The position numbers were made by a program, and so were the translations under genes. Positions 1-9,486 of a stretch of DNA of 64,000 bases are shown piece after piece. Positions within the stretch are counted from its first letter, which is position 1, and each line of letters opens with the position of its first letter. A model generated the notes under the pieces. It was given only the letters and a program-made list of their open reading frames with translations. It was not told the DNA's origin and ran no database searches. This DNA comes from an uncultured archaeon (GTDB lineage: Archaea; Iainarchaeota; Iainarchaeia; Iainarchaeales; 1-14-0-10-31-34): assembly GCA_964608675.1 (NCBI GenBank), contig CAZSOZ010000002.1, positions 203,013-267,012 on the forward strand. Direction: 5' to 3'.

Positions 1-2
1 AT

Positions 3-512
3 TGCTTCTTCATCGTATTCTCCTGTTTCTTGTTTAACTTTTTTTGAATACAAAAAACAGCCTCCAACTGAATTGCCTTTGCTTAAATCAGGGTTATCCG
101 AATACTTTACTATTCCATGAGAGTTCTTTTCAGTGTCAATCAAGAATAAATCAGTGAAAACAAAATCAAAGTTGTTTTCTTTCAGGAAAGAAACCATTTT
201 TTTTATTGCATTAAGTGAATAAAAGTTGTCGTCTGAAGTCCAGCTCAAATAATCTCCTTTTGCATTAGAAAAACCTGAATTTAATGCGGTTGGCAATCCA
301 AAATTTTTTTTGTGTTTAAATGATTTGATTCTCTTGTCTTTGAATTCATTTATGATTTGCTGGGTGTTGTCAGTTGAACCGTCATCAACTATAATTAATT
401 CAATGTTTTTATGGGTTTGATTTAAGCAGGATTCAATGGACTGCTTTAAGTAATCAGAGTATTTTGCCCTGTTGTAGGTAGGCAAAACAATGCTGACTTT
501 TTCTTTATTCAT
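3..512 (-). CDS. Glycosyltransferase family 2 (runs off window edge; not in ORF track)
   Basis: Manual translation MNKEKVSIVLPTYNRAK...IESCLNQTHKNIELIIVDDGSTDNT, a typical GT2 N-terminus; start overlaps the stop of the upstream epimerase. Confidence 0.9.
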   Translation of the reverse strand, partial: MNKEKVSIVLPTYNRAKYSDYLKQSIESCLNQTHKNIELIIVDDGSTDNTQQIINEFKDKRIKSFKHKKNFGLPTALNSGFSNAKGDYLSWTSDDNFYSLNAIKKMVSFLKENNFDFVFTDLFLIDTEKNSHGIVKYSDNPDLSKGNSVGGCFLYSKKVKQETGEYDEEA

Positions 513-1605
513 TTTTTATCTCCTTAAAACAGTCAAAGATTTTTTTTGATGCAGTTCCATTTCCAAAAGGGTTTTCAGCTGAAGCCATTTTATTGTAAAG
601 TTCTTTGTTTTCAAAAAGTTTTTTTGTTTCTTTCACTATTTTTTGTGTTTCAACTCCGACAAGTTTTGCTGCTCCTGTAATAACTGCTTCAGACCTTTCA
701 GTTTTTTTCCTTAAAACCAGAACCGGCTTATTTAAGAAAGGAGCTTCTTCTTGTAAGCCTCCTGAATCAGTCAACAAAATAAAAGATTTTTTCATTAAAT
801 GAACAAAAGTTTTGTAATCCAATGGTTTTGTTAGCAAAACATTTTTTTTGTTTGACAAAATTGAATTTACTTTTTTTCTTACATTTGGATTTAAGTGAAC
901 AGGAAAAACAATAAATGAATTCTCAAACTCAGAGATTTCTTTTATTGCATTGAAAATTTTTTCTAATGGTTTTCCAAAGCTTTCTCTTCTATGGCAGGTA
1001 ACCAAAACAATTCTTTTATTTTTTGGGAGTTCATCAAAAAAAGTTTTTTTTAAAAAAGGTTGTTCAATTATCCAGAGAAGAGCATCAATTATCGTGTTTC
1101 CGGTTACAATGATTTTTTCTTTTTTAATTCCTTCATTTAATAGGTTTTGCTTTGATTCTTTTGTTGGAGCAAAAAATAAATCTGAAACAACATCAATTAT
1201 TCTTCTATTAATTTCTTCTGGAAAAGGCTGAAGCTTATTATAAGTTCTTAATCCTGCTTCAATATGAGCTATTTTAATTTTTTTGTAGTACGCTGCTAAA
1301 CTTGAAGCCATTGCAGTTGTAGTGTCTCCCTGCACTATTAAATAATCAGGTTTTTCTTTTTCTAAAATTTCTGAAAGCTGAATTAAAACTGTTTTAGTTA
1401 TATGTTCTAAAGACTGGTTTTCTTTCATTAAATTTAAATTGTAGTCAGGTTTGATTTGAAAAAGTTCAAGGAAAGGTTCAGCCATTTCTTTATGCTGGCC
1501 TGTTAAACAAATTTTTATTTCAAAATCTGAATTCTTAAATTCTTTGATTACTGGAAAAAGTTTTATTAACTCTGGGCGAGTTCCAAAAACAAAAAATAAT
1601 TTCAT
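505..1605 (-). CDS. wecB: UDP-N-acetylglucosamine 2-epimerase (non-hydrolysing)
   Basis: GTRPELIK, TGQH, VQGDTTT, HIEAGLR, PEEINR, TDSGGLQEEAP motifs. Confidence 0.95.
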   Translation of the reverse strand: MKLFFVFGTRPELIKLFPVIKEFKNSDFEIKICLTGQHKEMAEPFLELFQIKPDYNLNLMKENQSLEHITKTVLIQLSEILEKEKPDYLIVQGDTTTAMASSLAAYYKKIKIAHIEAGLRTYNKLQPFPEEINRRIIDVVSDLFFAPTKESKQNLLNEGIKKEKIIVTGNTIIDALLWIIEQPFLKKTFFDELPKNKRIVLVTCHRRESFGKPLEKIFNAIKEISEFENSFIVFPVHLNPNVRKKVNSILSNKKNVLLTKPLDYKTFVHLMKKSFILLTDSGGLQEEAPFLNKPVLVLRKKTERSEAVITGAAKLVGVETQKIVKETKKLFENKELYNKMASAENPFGNGTASKKIFDCFKEIKNE

Positions 1606-1825
1606 AATTAATTTATATTAAAATAGTTTTTTATAGTTTTTATCTTAAAGCAAGCAAAAAAAAAGCAAACTAATTTATTTTTTGGAGTGATAATTTTTTT
1701 GATGAAAATCAAAAAAAAATTTGGAGAACCCTGAATTGCGTTTAGCCAAAAAAAATAGGCGTGTGCCCAAAAAAAAATTTTTTTCCTTCAAAAAAAGTAA
1801 TTTTGTCTTTCAGGCACTTGAATTT

Positions 1826-3454
1826 TTATTCACTGTATTTTTCTTTTATTTCCTTTATTTTTTTGTCCTGCATTTTTTCTGCTTCAAGTCTTTCTAATTT
1901 GTATTCCTTAAAGTCAACAAACTTTAATTGTTCAGTTAAAAGAGGATGCACTCTTTTTATTTCAGAAGCAATTTTTTGTGCGATTCTCCTGTAATCTGGA
2001 TGGCCGTGCATTGTACTTCTTAATTCAGTTAAATGAAATGCTTCCCTTAAATTTAATTTCATGTACCATCTGATTTTGTATCCAAAAGGAACACAGTATT
2101 GAGCGCTCCAAGAATTTTTTGCTTCAATTCTTTCAAACAATTCTTTTGCGTTCTTCATCAAAGAAGTGAAGTCTTCTGTTAAAGCAATTGAATCAAATTC
2201 AATTGGAGTAATAAAACCATGATGAGTTGACAATAACTGTCTTTCTTGTGTAAGAATTCTGTGCCTGTGCAAATCTCTGAAAATTCCAAAGTTGCCAAGC
2301 AAATCAAAAGTATAAAAAACGTTTTCAAAGGCTCTTCCAGGTTTATGCCTTCTGTTTGTCCTTAACTTTGAATAAGAATTAATTAATTCTTTTTTTTGTT
2401 CTTCACTTAAATTTTTTATTTTTTCTTTTATTTGAGTTAAAGAAAGATGTGAATTAGAATAAAGAACTGCAGAAAGCACTTTGTTTTCTGCATCAGAATC
2501 AAAATCAACTAAAACAACTTCTTGTAAATCAACAGGTTTTTCTTTTTCCAGGATTTCTTTTGTTAAATTATTGGTTTTTTTTCTTGTCCTGCTTAAAAAT
2601 TCGGTTTGCTGTACTCCATATTCAGAGAAAGCTCTTTTAACAAAAGAAGGAATATAAAAAGTTAATTCTGAATGCAATTTTTGTGCAATACTCTGTGTTT
2701 CCTGCAGAGAATAACTGTTTAGTTTTTGAATTAAGTATTCAAATGCACGTCCGTTTCCATACAAGCCGGTGTTAGTTAAAGTTGAAGCAGGCAGAAACAC
2801 TCTTAAAACATCACAAGCTTTTGCTTTAACTGTTGAATTGTATGCACGGTCAGAAACTCCTTCTTCCTGAGGATTTTGTTCTTCAATAAATTTTTTCATT
2901 TCAGGAATTTTTTTAGAATAAACAGAAAACAATTCATCACACAATTCAACGTAAGAATCAGCAAACTCTGATTCCATTAATTCTTTTGGACGAAAATAAA
3001 AATAGTTTCCGTTTTCGTTTTTTTCATCAAAATAAATGTATCTAGTTGATTTTTCTAAAGGAGAAATTCCTAAACGGGAATCCTGAATTAATTTAACTGC
3101 AATATTACTTACTTGTTCTGCTGCAACATGAGCTCCACCTAATTCTGCTACACTGTCATCTCCATAACCCAACAAAATTCTGTCATAAAATTCTTCTGCT
3201 TTTTTTATGGCTACTGCCTGTTCAATTCCTTTTCCTGTCTGATACCCAACAATTTCCTTAAAGCCGGTTTTTTCGTTTTCAATGAATTCATCTAAAAGAA
3301 GCTGTCTTAAAGGTTTAGGCGAACGTGAATAACGGGAAAATAATGCTCCCATTACTACTTCCGGAAGATTTTTTAATACAAAAATATTGTTTTTTGTACT
3401 GGAAACAAAAGCAGACAAAATTTTTTTTTGTTCTTCAGAAAAATTTTCTTGCAT
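1826..3454 (-). CDS. thyX: FAD-dependent thymidylate synthase, long tandem-domain form
   Basis: GALFSRYSRS, GYGDDSVAELG, EKSTRY, RDLHRHRILTQ, ELRS..GHPDYR; 542 aa, about two ThyX domains. Confidence 0.88.
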   Translation of the reverse strand: MQENFSEEQKKILSAFVSSTKNNIFVLKNLPEVVMGALFSRYSRSPKPLRQLLLDEFIENEKTGFKEIVGYQTGKGIEQAVAIKKAEEFYDRILLGYGDDSVAELGGAHVAAEQVSNIAVKLIQDSRLGISPLEKSTRYIYFDEKNENGNYFYFRPKELMESEFADSYVELCDELFSVYSKKIPEMKKFIEEQNPQEEGVSDRAYNSTVKAKACDVLRVFLPASTLTNTGLYGNGRAFEYLIQKLNSYSLQETQSIAQKLHSELTFYIPSFVKRAFSEYGVQQTEFLSRTRKKTNNLTKEILEKEKPVDLQEVVLVDFDSDAENKVLSAVLYSNSHLSLTQIKEKIKNLSEEQKKELINSYSKLRTNRRHKPGRAFENVFYTFDLLGNFGIFRDLHRHRILTQERQLLSTHHGFITPIEFDSIALTEDFTSLMKNAKELFERIEAKNSWSAQYCVPFGYKIRWYMKLNLREAFHLTELRSTMHGHPDYRRIAQKIASEIKRVHPLLTEQLKFVDFKEYKLERLEAEKMQDKKIKEIKEKYSE

Positions 3455-3493
3455 AATTCTGTTAAGAAAAGAATTCTTTTAAAGCAATACTTA

Positions 3494-3507
3494 TTAGGAA
3501 AACCTAA
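3494..3507. promoter_or_regulatory. DtxR/MntR/SirR-type operator TTAGGAAAACCTAA
   Basis: Inverted repeat TTAGG-N4-CCTAA between divergent thyX and the DtxR-family gene; recurs at 32936 and 60987. Confidence 0.7.
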
Positions 3508-3545
3508 AAAAAAGTATAAATACTTTTCCTTACCTTATTTTTTAG

Positions 3546-3986
3546 ATGAAAACAGAAATACAGGACATAGAATTAAAAGAAATAGCTCATGAAAAATCAA
3601 AAGAAAACGAAGAAATGTACTTGAAAGTAATTTATATTTTAGAAGAAAAAGGAGTAAAACCTGTTTGTTCCAGTCATGTCGCAAAATCACTGAAAATTGC
3701 TTTGCCTTCTGTCGTAGAAATGCTTGGAAAACTAGACAAAAAAAACTTAATTAAATACGATGGAAGAAAAGGAATAACCTTTAAACCTAAAGGAAAAAAA
3801 ACTGCAAAAAAAATTGTAAGAAATTTAAGGCTGGCAGAACTTTTATTGACTGACATACTTAAAATGAAAGAAACAAAATATGCATGCAAATTTGAGCACT
3901 GCATGCCGGAAGAAATAATAAAAGCAGTAAACAAAAAATTAAATAACCCAAAAAAATGTCCTCATGGAAAAAAAATTCCAAAATAA
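3546..3986 (+). CDS. DtxR/MntR-family metal-dependent transcriptional regulator
   Basis: EEMYLKVIY, HTH (VAKSLKIALPSVVEMLGKL), RLAELLLTDIL, ACKFEH, CPHGKKIP. Confidence 0.92.
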   Translation: MKTEIQDIELKEIAHEKSKENEEMYLKVIYILEEKGVKPVCSSHVAKSLKIALPSVVEMLGKLDKKNLIKYDGRKGITFKPKGKKTAKKIVRNLRLAELLLTDILKMKETKYACKFEHCMPEEIIKAVNKKLNNPKKCPHGKKIPK

Positions 3987-4024
3987 TCCAAAAAAAAACT
4001 GATTTTATTCAAAAAAGTGATTTT

Positions 4025-5194
4025 ATGCCTGCAAAAAAAACTAAAAAAAATGAAATGCTGTCAAAAGAAAACAAAAACGAACTTAAAAAACAGCAATACA
4101 AAATTTTTTCGCAAAAAAGTTTGATCAAAAAAGGAACTCTTGCGAGTTCAAAAAAAAAAGATTTGATGTTAACAAAAGAAGCAAGAGCAGAATTAGAAAA
4201 ACAGCAGTACAGGATTATTGGAAGCCATTCAGCTGTAAAAGTATGTGGATGGACAAAACAAATGCTGAGAGGAAAAGGAACCTGCTATAAACACAAATTT
4301 TACGGCATTAAAAGCAATCAATGCCTGCAGATGACTACTTCATTAAGTTGCGCTAACAGATGTTTGTTTTGCTGGAGAGGATACAAAGCTCCTGTTTCAA
4401 AGGAATGGAAATGGCAAATAGACGAACCGGAATTTATTTTAGAAGAAAGTTTGGAAGAACAAAAAAAACTGTTGTCAGGTTTTAAGGGATTCAAAGACGT
4501 AAAAATAAATTTATGGAATGAAAGCAATACAGTAAAACATGTTGCATTAAGCTTGAATGGAGAACCAATAATTTACCCAAAAATAAATGAATTAATTGAT
4601 TTAATGCATTCAAAAAAAATCTCAACTTTTTTGGTGACAAACGCGCAATACCCTGAACAAATAAAAAAATTAAAGCCAATCACTCAATTATATATTAGCT
4701 TGGATGCACCAAACAAAAAACTCTTAAAAAAAATTGGCTTGCCTTTGTTTTCAGATTACTGGCAAAAGTTGAACAAAAGCCTGAAAGAATTAAAGAAAAA
4801 AAAACAAAGAACTGCAATAAGAATTACTTTAATTAAAGGATTAAATGACGTTGAACCAGAAAATTACGCTGAATTAATAAAAAAAGCTGAACCTGATTTC
4901 ATCGAAGTGAAAGCTTACATGTTTTTAGGGGAAAGCCGGAAAAGACTAAAAGAAGAAAACATGCCTTTGCATTCAGAAGTAAAAAAGTTTGCAGAAAAAA
5001 TAAATGATTTTTTGGAGGAGTATGAAATTGCATCAGAACAAAAATCTTCAAGAGTAGTTTTGCTGGCAAAAAAATCCTTTAAAAAAAAAGGCAGATGGTT
5101 TACTTGGATTGATTTTGACAAGTTTTTTGAATTGATTTCAAAAAAGAAAAAATTTGAATCAAAAGAATATTTAAAAGAAATGAAAAAAGTTTAG
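4025..5194 (+). CDS. taw1: tRNA 4-demethylwyosine synthase (radical SAM); start may be 4025, 4055 or 4166
   Basis: HSAVKVCGW, CYKHKFYGIKSNQC, CANRCLFCWR (CxxxCxxC), HVALSLNGEP, FIEVKAYM. Confidence 0.93.
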   Translation: MPAKKTKKNEMLSKENKNELKKQQYKIFSQKSLIKKGTLASSKKKDLMLTKEARAELEKQQYRIIGSHSAVKVCGWTKQMLRGKGTCYKHKFYGIKSNQCLQMTTSLSCANRCLFCWRGYKAPVSKEWKWQIDEPEFILEESLEEQKKLLSGFKGFKDVKINLWNESNTVKHVALSLNGEPIIYPKINELIDLMHSKKISTFLVTNAQYPEQIKKLKPITQLYISLDAPNKKLLKKIGLPLFSDYWQKLNKSLKELKKKKQRTAIRITLIKGLNDVEPENYAELIKKAEPDFIEVKAYMFLGESRKRLKEENMPLHSEVKKFAEKINDFLEEYEIASEQKSSRVVLLAKKSFKKKGRWFTWIDFDKFFELISKKKKFESKEYLKEMKKV

Positions 5195-6471
5195 CTTATT
5201 TTTTTTCCATTTAAATGAAAAGTTTTTGCATCAGTTATTTTTGCTTTAACTGTTTTTCCTAAAAGAATTTTTTCTTCAAACAAAACCTGCTTGTAGGAAA
5301 GGTTTCTTCCAATGCTTTGATTTGATTTTTTTCCTTTTTCGTCAATTAAGACTGAACAGATTTTGCCAATCCACTTTTTGTTGTTTTTTAAAGAAATTTC
5401 TTCAAACAAATTAGTTAGTTTCCTGGAACGGGATTTAATTTCGCTTCCAGTTAACTGAAACATTTTTGAAGCCAAAGTATTAGGGCGGGACTGAAAACGA
5501 GAAATATTCAAGACTTCAGGTTTAGTTTCTTTTACTAAATCAAGTGAATCCTGAAACTGTTTTTTTGTTTCAGTTGGAAAGCCCACTATGATATCAGTAG
5601 CAATAGTCATTTCAGGAAATTCTTTTTTGAATTCTTTAATAATTTTTTTGTAGCCTTCAACAGAATATCTTCGATTCATTTTTTTAAGTATTTCATTGTT
5701 TCCTGATTGAACTGGAACATGCAGAAACTTAAACACTTTTTTGTTTTTGAATGACTGAATTAATTCAGAAAGGCTTTCAAGAATGTAAGTAGGATTGGTC
5801 ATTCCAATTCTAATTAAAAAATTTCCTTCAAGCAAAGTGATTTTATTAATTAAGTCCGGCAGTTTTGATTTGCCGTTTTCTGTTCCATAAGCCCCATTAT
5901 CCTGAGAAGTAACCCAAATTTCCTTGCAGCCGTCATCCAACGCAGTCTTCACTTCTTCAAGGATTTGTTTTTCCGGAAAAGAAACCAAAGAACCTTTAAT
6001 TAATTTAGTTGAACAATAAGAGCAAAAATCATTGCATCCTGAAAGAATTGGAATTATTCCTACAATTTTGTTGATTCTTTTTTTAGGGTAATTTAATTTA
6101 ATTTTTTTTTTAAAAGAAATAAAATTTTTTTCTTTTTTTATTGCATCAAAAATGTGTTCAATGTTATGAGTATTAACTACAAGAATTTTTTCATTGATTA
6201 ACTTAATTTGTTTAATTGTTTCTTTTGGAACACAACCAGCAACAACAATTCTTTTTTTTGGGTTTTTTTTCAGTAATTTTTTAATTGAATTCAGGCAGTG
6301 GTTGACTGAAGGGCCTTTAACTGAACACATATTGAACACAATTATGTCAGCTGAATCAAATTCATTTGATTCTTCTGCTTTAAAGCCTTCTTTAATTAAA
6401 ATGCCTGCCATGGCCTCTGATTCAGAGAAATTATTGCTGCAACCGTAAGTTTTAAAGACAACCTTTTGCAT
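5191..6471 (-). CDS. tRNA methylthiotransferase, MtaB/MiaB-like radical SAM with TRAM domain
   Basis: TYGCSNN, NMCSVK, VAGCVP, GCNDFCSYC, HVPVQSG, TDIIVGFPTET; probably archaeal e-MtaB (ms2t6A). Confidence 0.9.
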   Translation of the reverse strand: MQKVVFKTYGCSNNFSESEAMAGILIKEGFKAEESNEFDSADIIVFNMCSVKGPSVNHCLNSIKKLLKKNPKKRIVVAGCVPKETIKQIKLINEKILVVNTHNIEHIFDAIKKEKNFISFKKKIKLNYPKKRINKIVGIIPILSGCNDFCSYCSTKLIKGSLVSFPEKQILEEVKTALDDGCKEIWVTSQDNGAYGTENGKSKLPDLINKITLLEGNFLIRIGMTNPTYILESLSELIQSFKNKKVFKFLHVPVQSGNNEILKKMNRRYSVEGYKKIIKEFKKEFPEMTIATDIIVGFPTETKKQFQDSLDLVKETKPEVLNISRFQSRPNTLASKMFQLTGSEIKSRSRKLTNLFEEISLKNNKKWIGKICSVLIDEKGKKSNQSIGRNLSYKQVLFEEKILLGKTVKAKITDAKTFHLNGKKIS

Positions 6472-6513
6472 TAAAAAAGTTTGGCAAAAAAAGTTTTTAT
6501 AGAGGTGTTAAAT

Positions 6514-6735
6514 TTGACTGAATTAATTACAAGAAAAACAAATATCAGTGAACTTGTAAAAAAGTATCCTGAAGTAATCCCTGTTTTGTTTGAAAAAGGA
6601 ATTCACTGTGTGGGGTGCCAGGCAGCAGCATTTGAAAACCTTGAACAAGGATTAAAAGCACATGGATTAACAGAAGAAGAAATACAAAAAACAATAGATG
6701 AATTAAATGCAAAAGCAGAAGAAAAAGAAAAGTGA
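6514..6735 (+). CDS. DUF1858 / hybrid-cluster-associated redox disulfide domain protein
   Basis: ISELVKKYPE...GIHCVGCQAAAFENLEQG..AHG; TTG start after GAGGTG SD. Confidence 0.8.
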   Translation: MTELITRKTNISELVKKYPEVIPVLFEKGIHCVGCQAAAFENLEQGLKAHGLTEEEIQKTIDELNAKAEEKEK

Positions 6736-6739
6736 TAAA

Positions 6740-7687
6740 ATGAAAGTAGAAAAAGTTTTTTTGGTTTCTCCAAGAGGGTTTTGTGCAGGAGTAAAAAGAG
6801 CAGTGGAAGTAGTTGAAGATTGTTTAAAGCTTTTTGGAAGTCCGGTTTATGTAAAGCATGAAATAGTTCACAACAAAAGAGTTGTAGAAGACTTAGAAAA
6901 AAAAGGCGCAGTAACAATAGAGGATTTAAATGATGTTCCTGAAAATTCTGTTGTAGTGTTTTCTGCTCATGGTTCTCCGCCAAAACATTATGAATTAGCA
7001 AAAAAAAGAAATTTAAAGGTAATTGATGCAACCTGTCCGCTGGTAACCAAAGTTCACTTGGAAGTAAAAAATTTTGCAAAAGAAGGATTCAAAATCATTT
7101 ACATTTGCCATAAAAATCACATTGAAGCAAAAGGAGTTATGGCTGAATTAAAAGAAGGAATTTATCCAGTGGAAACAATTGAAGACATACAAAAACTTGA
7201 AATAGGAAAACCCCAAAAACTTGTTTATTTAAGCCAGACAACCTTAAGCGTAAACGAAACAAAAAAAATAATTGAAGCAGTCAAAAAAAAGTATCCGTAT
7301 ATTACTGACCCCCCAAAAGAAGACATTTGTTATGCAACAACAAACAGACAGAAAGCAGTAAAAGAATTAGTGAAAAAAGTTGATTTAATTTTAATTATAG
7401 GCTCAAAAACTTCATCTAATTCTCAAAGACTAAAAGAAACCGCTTTGTCTCACGGAAAAAAAGCTTTTCTTGTGGGCAGAATTGAAGACCTCAAAGAAGA
7501 ATGGTTTGAAGGAATAAAAAACGTTGGAATAAGTGCCGGTGCAAGTTCTCCTGAAAAAGTAGTTGAAGAAATAGTTGACTATTTTTTAAACAAAGGAGCA
7601 AAAAAAGAACAGCTTTTAATTTTAGAAGAAAAAATGCAGTTTGTTGAACCATTTGAATTAACTAAAATGAAAAAAGAGAAAAAATAA
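6740..7687 (+). CDS. ispH: 4-hydroxy-3-methylbut-2-enyl diphosphate reductase (LytB)
   Basis: PRGFCAGV, HEIVHN, SAHG, DATCPLVTKVH, QTT, DICYATTNRQ, SSNS, AGAS; all three Fe-S cysteines present. Confidence 0.95.
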   Translation: MKVEKVFLVSPRGFCAGVKRAVEVVEDCLKLFGSPVYVKHEIVHNKRVVEDLEKKGAVTIEDLNDVPENSVVVFSAHGSPPKHYELAKKRNLKVIDATCPLVTKVHLEVKNFAKEGFKIIYICHKNHIEAKGVMAELKEGIYPVETIEDIQKLEIGKPQKLVYLSQTTLSVNETKKIIEAVKKKYPYITDPPKEDICYATTNRQKAVKELVKKVDLILIIGSKTSSNSQRLKETALSHGKKAFLVGRIEDLKEEWFEGIKNVGISAGASSPEKVVEEIVDYFLNKGAKKEQLLILEEKMQFVEPFELTKMKKEKK

Positions 7688-7699
7688 AGAAAAAATTAT

Positions 7700-8185
7700 T
7701 TACTCTCTTTTTGCCAGCTGAGAGTCAATCATCAGCAAACCGTTTTTTGAGTTTTCAACCATTTTTAGTTTTTCAACGATTTTTCCTGCGGTGTCTTCTT
7801 CTTCAACCTGCTCTGAAACAAACCATTGAATGAAAACTTCTGTAGCAAAATCTTTTTCTGTTTTTGAAAGCTCAAAAATATTGTTTATCTGGGATGAAAC
7901 AAGCTTTTCGTGTTTTAAAGCGTCTTCAAATGCATGCAAAGGAGACTTCCATTCTGTTTCAGGAGCATTAATTTCAGTTAAAATCATTTTTCCTCCTCTT
8001 TCATGCACGAAATCAAATATTTTCATTGCATGAATCCATTCTTCTTCTGATTGTTTTTTCATCCAATGAGCAAAACCCTCTAAATTCAACGAATCAAAGT
8101 AGGCTGACATCGACAAATACAAATAAGAAGAAAAATACTCGCTATTAAACTGCTTGTTTAAAATTTCCTCTATTTTTTTATTCAT
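7700..8185 (-). CDS. ftnA: Non-heme ferritin
   Basis: EYFSSYLYLSMS, EEWIHAMK, HEKLVS, QWFVSEQVEEE ferroxidase ligands. Confidence 0.93.
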   Translation of the reverse strand: MNKKIEEILNKQFNSEYFSSYLYLSMSAYFDSLNLEGFAHWMKKQSEEEWIHAMKIFDFVHERGGKMILTEINAPETEWKSPLHAFEDALKHEKLVSSQINNIFELSKTEKDFATEVFIQWFVSEQVEEEDTAGKIVEKLKMVENSKNGLLMIDSQLAKRE

Positions 8186-8256
8186 TCATTTCACCTCAAA
8201 TTTTTTTTGTTTTTTTTTATTTATTTTCATTTTATTTTTTAAGTTTTTTTTTGGCT

Positions 8257-8862
8257 TTATTTTTTTGCTTTTAAGTAGTGTTCGTTAACTTTGTTCCAGT
8301 TAATTACATTAAAGAATGCTTCAATGTATTCAGGTCGCTTGTTTTGGTATTTCAAATAATAAGCGTGCTCCCATACATCCAAAACAAGCAAAGGAAACAT
8401 TCCTGCAGTCAAAGGACTTTCCTGGTTTGGAGTCTGAATTATTTCAAGTTCTCCTTTGTTTAATACCAGCCAAGTCCATCCGCTTCCAAACAAAGTTCCT
8501 GCAGAATCAGAAAATTTTTTTTTAAAGTTTTCATAGGAACCAAATTTTTCTTTTATTTTTTCTGCGATTTCTCCTTTAAATTCAATGTCTTTTTTGAGGA
8601 TTGTCCAAAAAAAGTTATGGTTGGCTACTCCTCCGCCGTTGTTTTTTACTGCAGTCCTTATTTCATTTGGAAGAGAATTTAAAGCTGAAACCAGTTCTTC
8701 AGGAGATTTTTTTTGCAGTTCTTCATGACCCTCCAATGCCTTATTTAATTTATTTACATATCCTTGATGATGCTTTGAATAATGCACTTCCATTGTTTTT
8801 GCGTCAATGAAAGGCTCTAATGCATCATACGAAAAAGTAAGCTTCATTAATTCATATTTCAT
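8257..8862 (-). CDS. sod: Fe/Mn superoxide dismutase
   Basis: HYSKHHQGY, NHNFFW, FGSGWTWL, DVWEHAYY; AGGAGG SD before ATG at 8862. Confidence 0.95.
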   Translation of the reverse strand: MKYELMKLTFSYDALEPFIDAKTMEVHYSKHHQGYVNKLNKALEGHEELQKKSPEELVSALNSLPNEIRTAVKNNGGGVANHNFFWTILKKDIEFKGEIAEKIKEKFGSYENFKKKFSDSAGTLFGSGWTWLVLNKGELEIIQTPNQESPLTAGMFPLLVLDVWEHAYYLKYQNKRPEYIEAFFNVINWNKVNEHYLKAKK

Positions 8863-8922
8863 TTTTAATTCCTCCTTAAAAAATAATTTTTTTAATTTTT
8901 TATTTTTCATTCAATTTTAAAT

Positions 8923-9486
8923 TCAAATTTTTCCAACTAAATTCAAGCCGGGTTCAAGGGTTTTGTCTCCTTCCTTCCAGCCTGCAGGACAAACCTGCCC
9001 TTTATGTTCTTCTGTAAATTTTGCTGCCTGAATTTTTCTGATTAATTCAGAGGTACTTCTTCCAATGTCATTGTGATGAAATTCAAATGCTTTAATTATT
9101 CCGTCAGGGTCAATTACAAAAGTTGCTCTGACACTTAATCCTTCTTCTTCAATTAAAGTTCCAAAAGAAGCACATACTTTTCCTGTAGGATCTGCAACCA
9201 TCGGAAAACTTATTTTTTTGATTGTTTCAGAACTGTCATGCCATGCTTTATGAACGAATTCAGTGTCCTTGCTTACACTTAAAATTTCGGTGTTCATTTC
9301 CTGAAATTTTTTGTAGTTGTCTGCCAGTTCTCCTAATTCTGTGGGGCACACAAAAGTGAAATCAGCAGGATAAAAAAATAAAACAACCCATTTTCCTTTG
9401 AAATCAGAAAGCTTTAATTCTTTTATTTTGCCGTCATGGAAAGCTTTGGCAATGAAATTAGGTGCTTTTTCATTAATTTTAATCAT
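8923..9486 (-). CDS. ahpC: 2-Cys peroxiredoxin AhpC
   Basis: FYPADFTFVCPTE and GQVCPAGW; ATGA overlap with upstream gene. Confidence 0.95.
   Translation of the reverse strand: MIKINEKAPNFIAKAFHDGKIKELKLSDFKGKWVVLFFYPADFTFVCPTELGELADNYKKFQEMNTEILSVSKDTEFVHKAWHDSSETIKKISFPMVADPTGKVCASFGTLIEEEGLSVRATFVIDPDGIIKAFEFHHNDIGRSTSELIRKIQAAKFTEEHKGQVCPAGWKEGDKTLEPGLNLVGKI

Noticed and set aside
1683-1825. GGAGTGA SD-like site with ATG at 1702 and an A9 run, suggesting a frameshifted small gene
   Set aside because: Stops after 10 codons; the alternative frames give no recognisable protein; A-runs are everywhere in this genome
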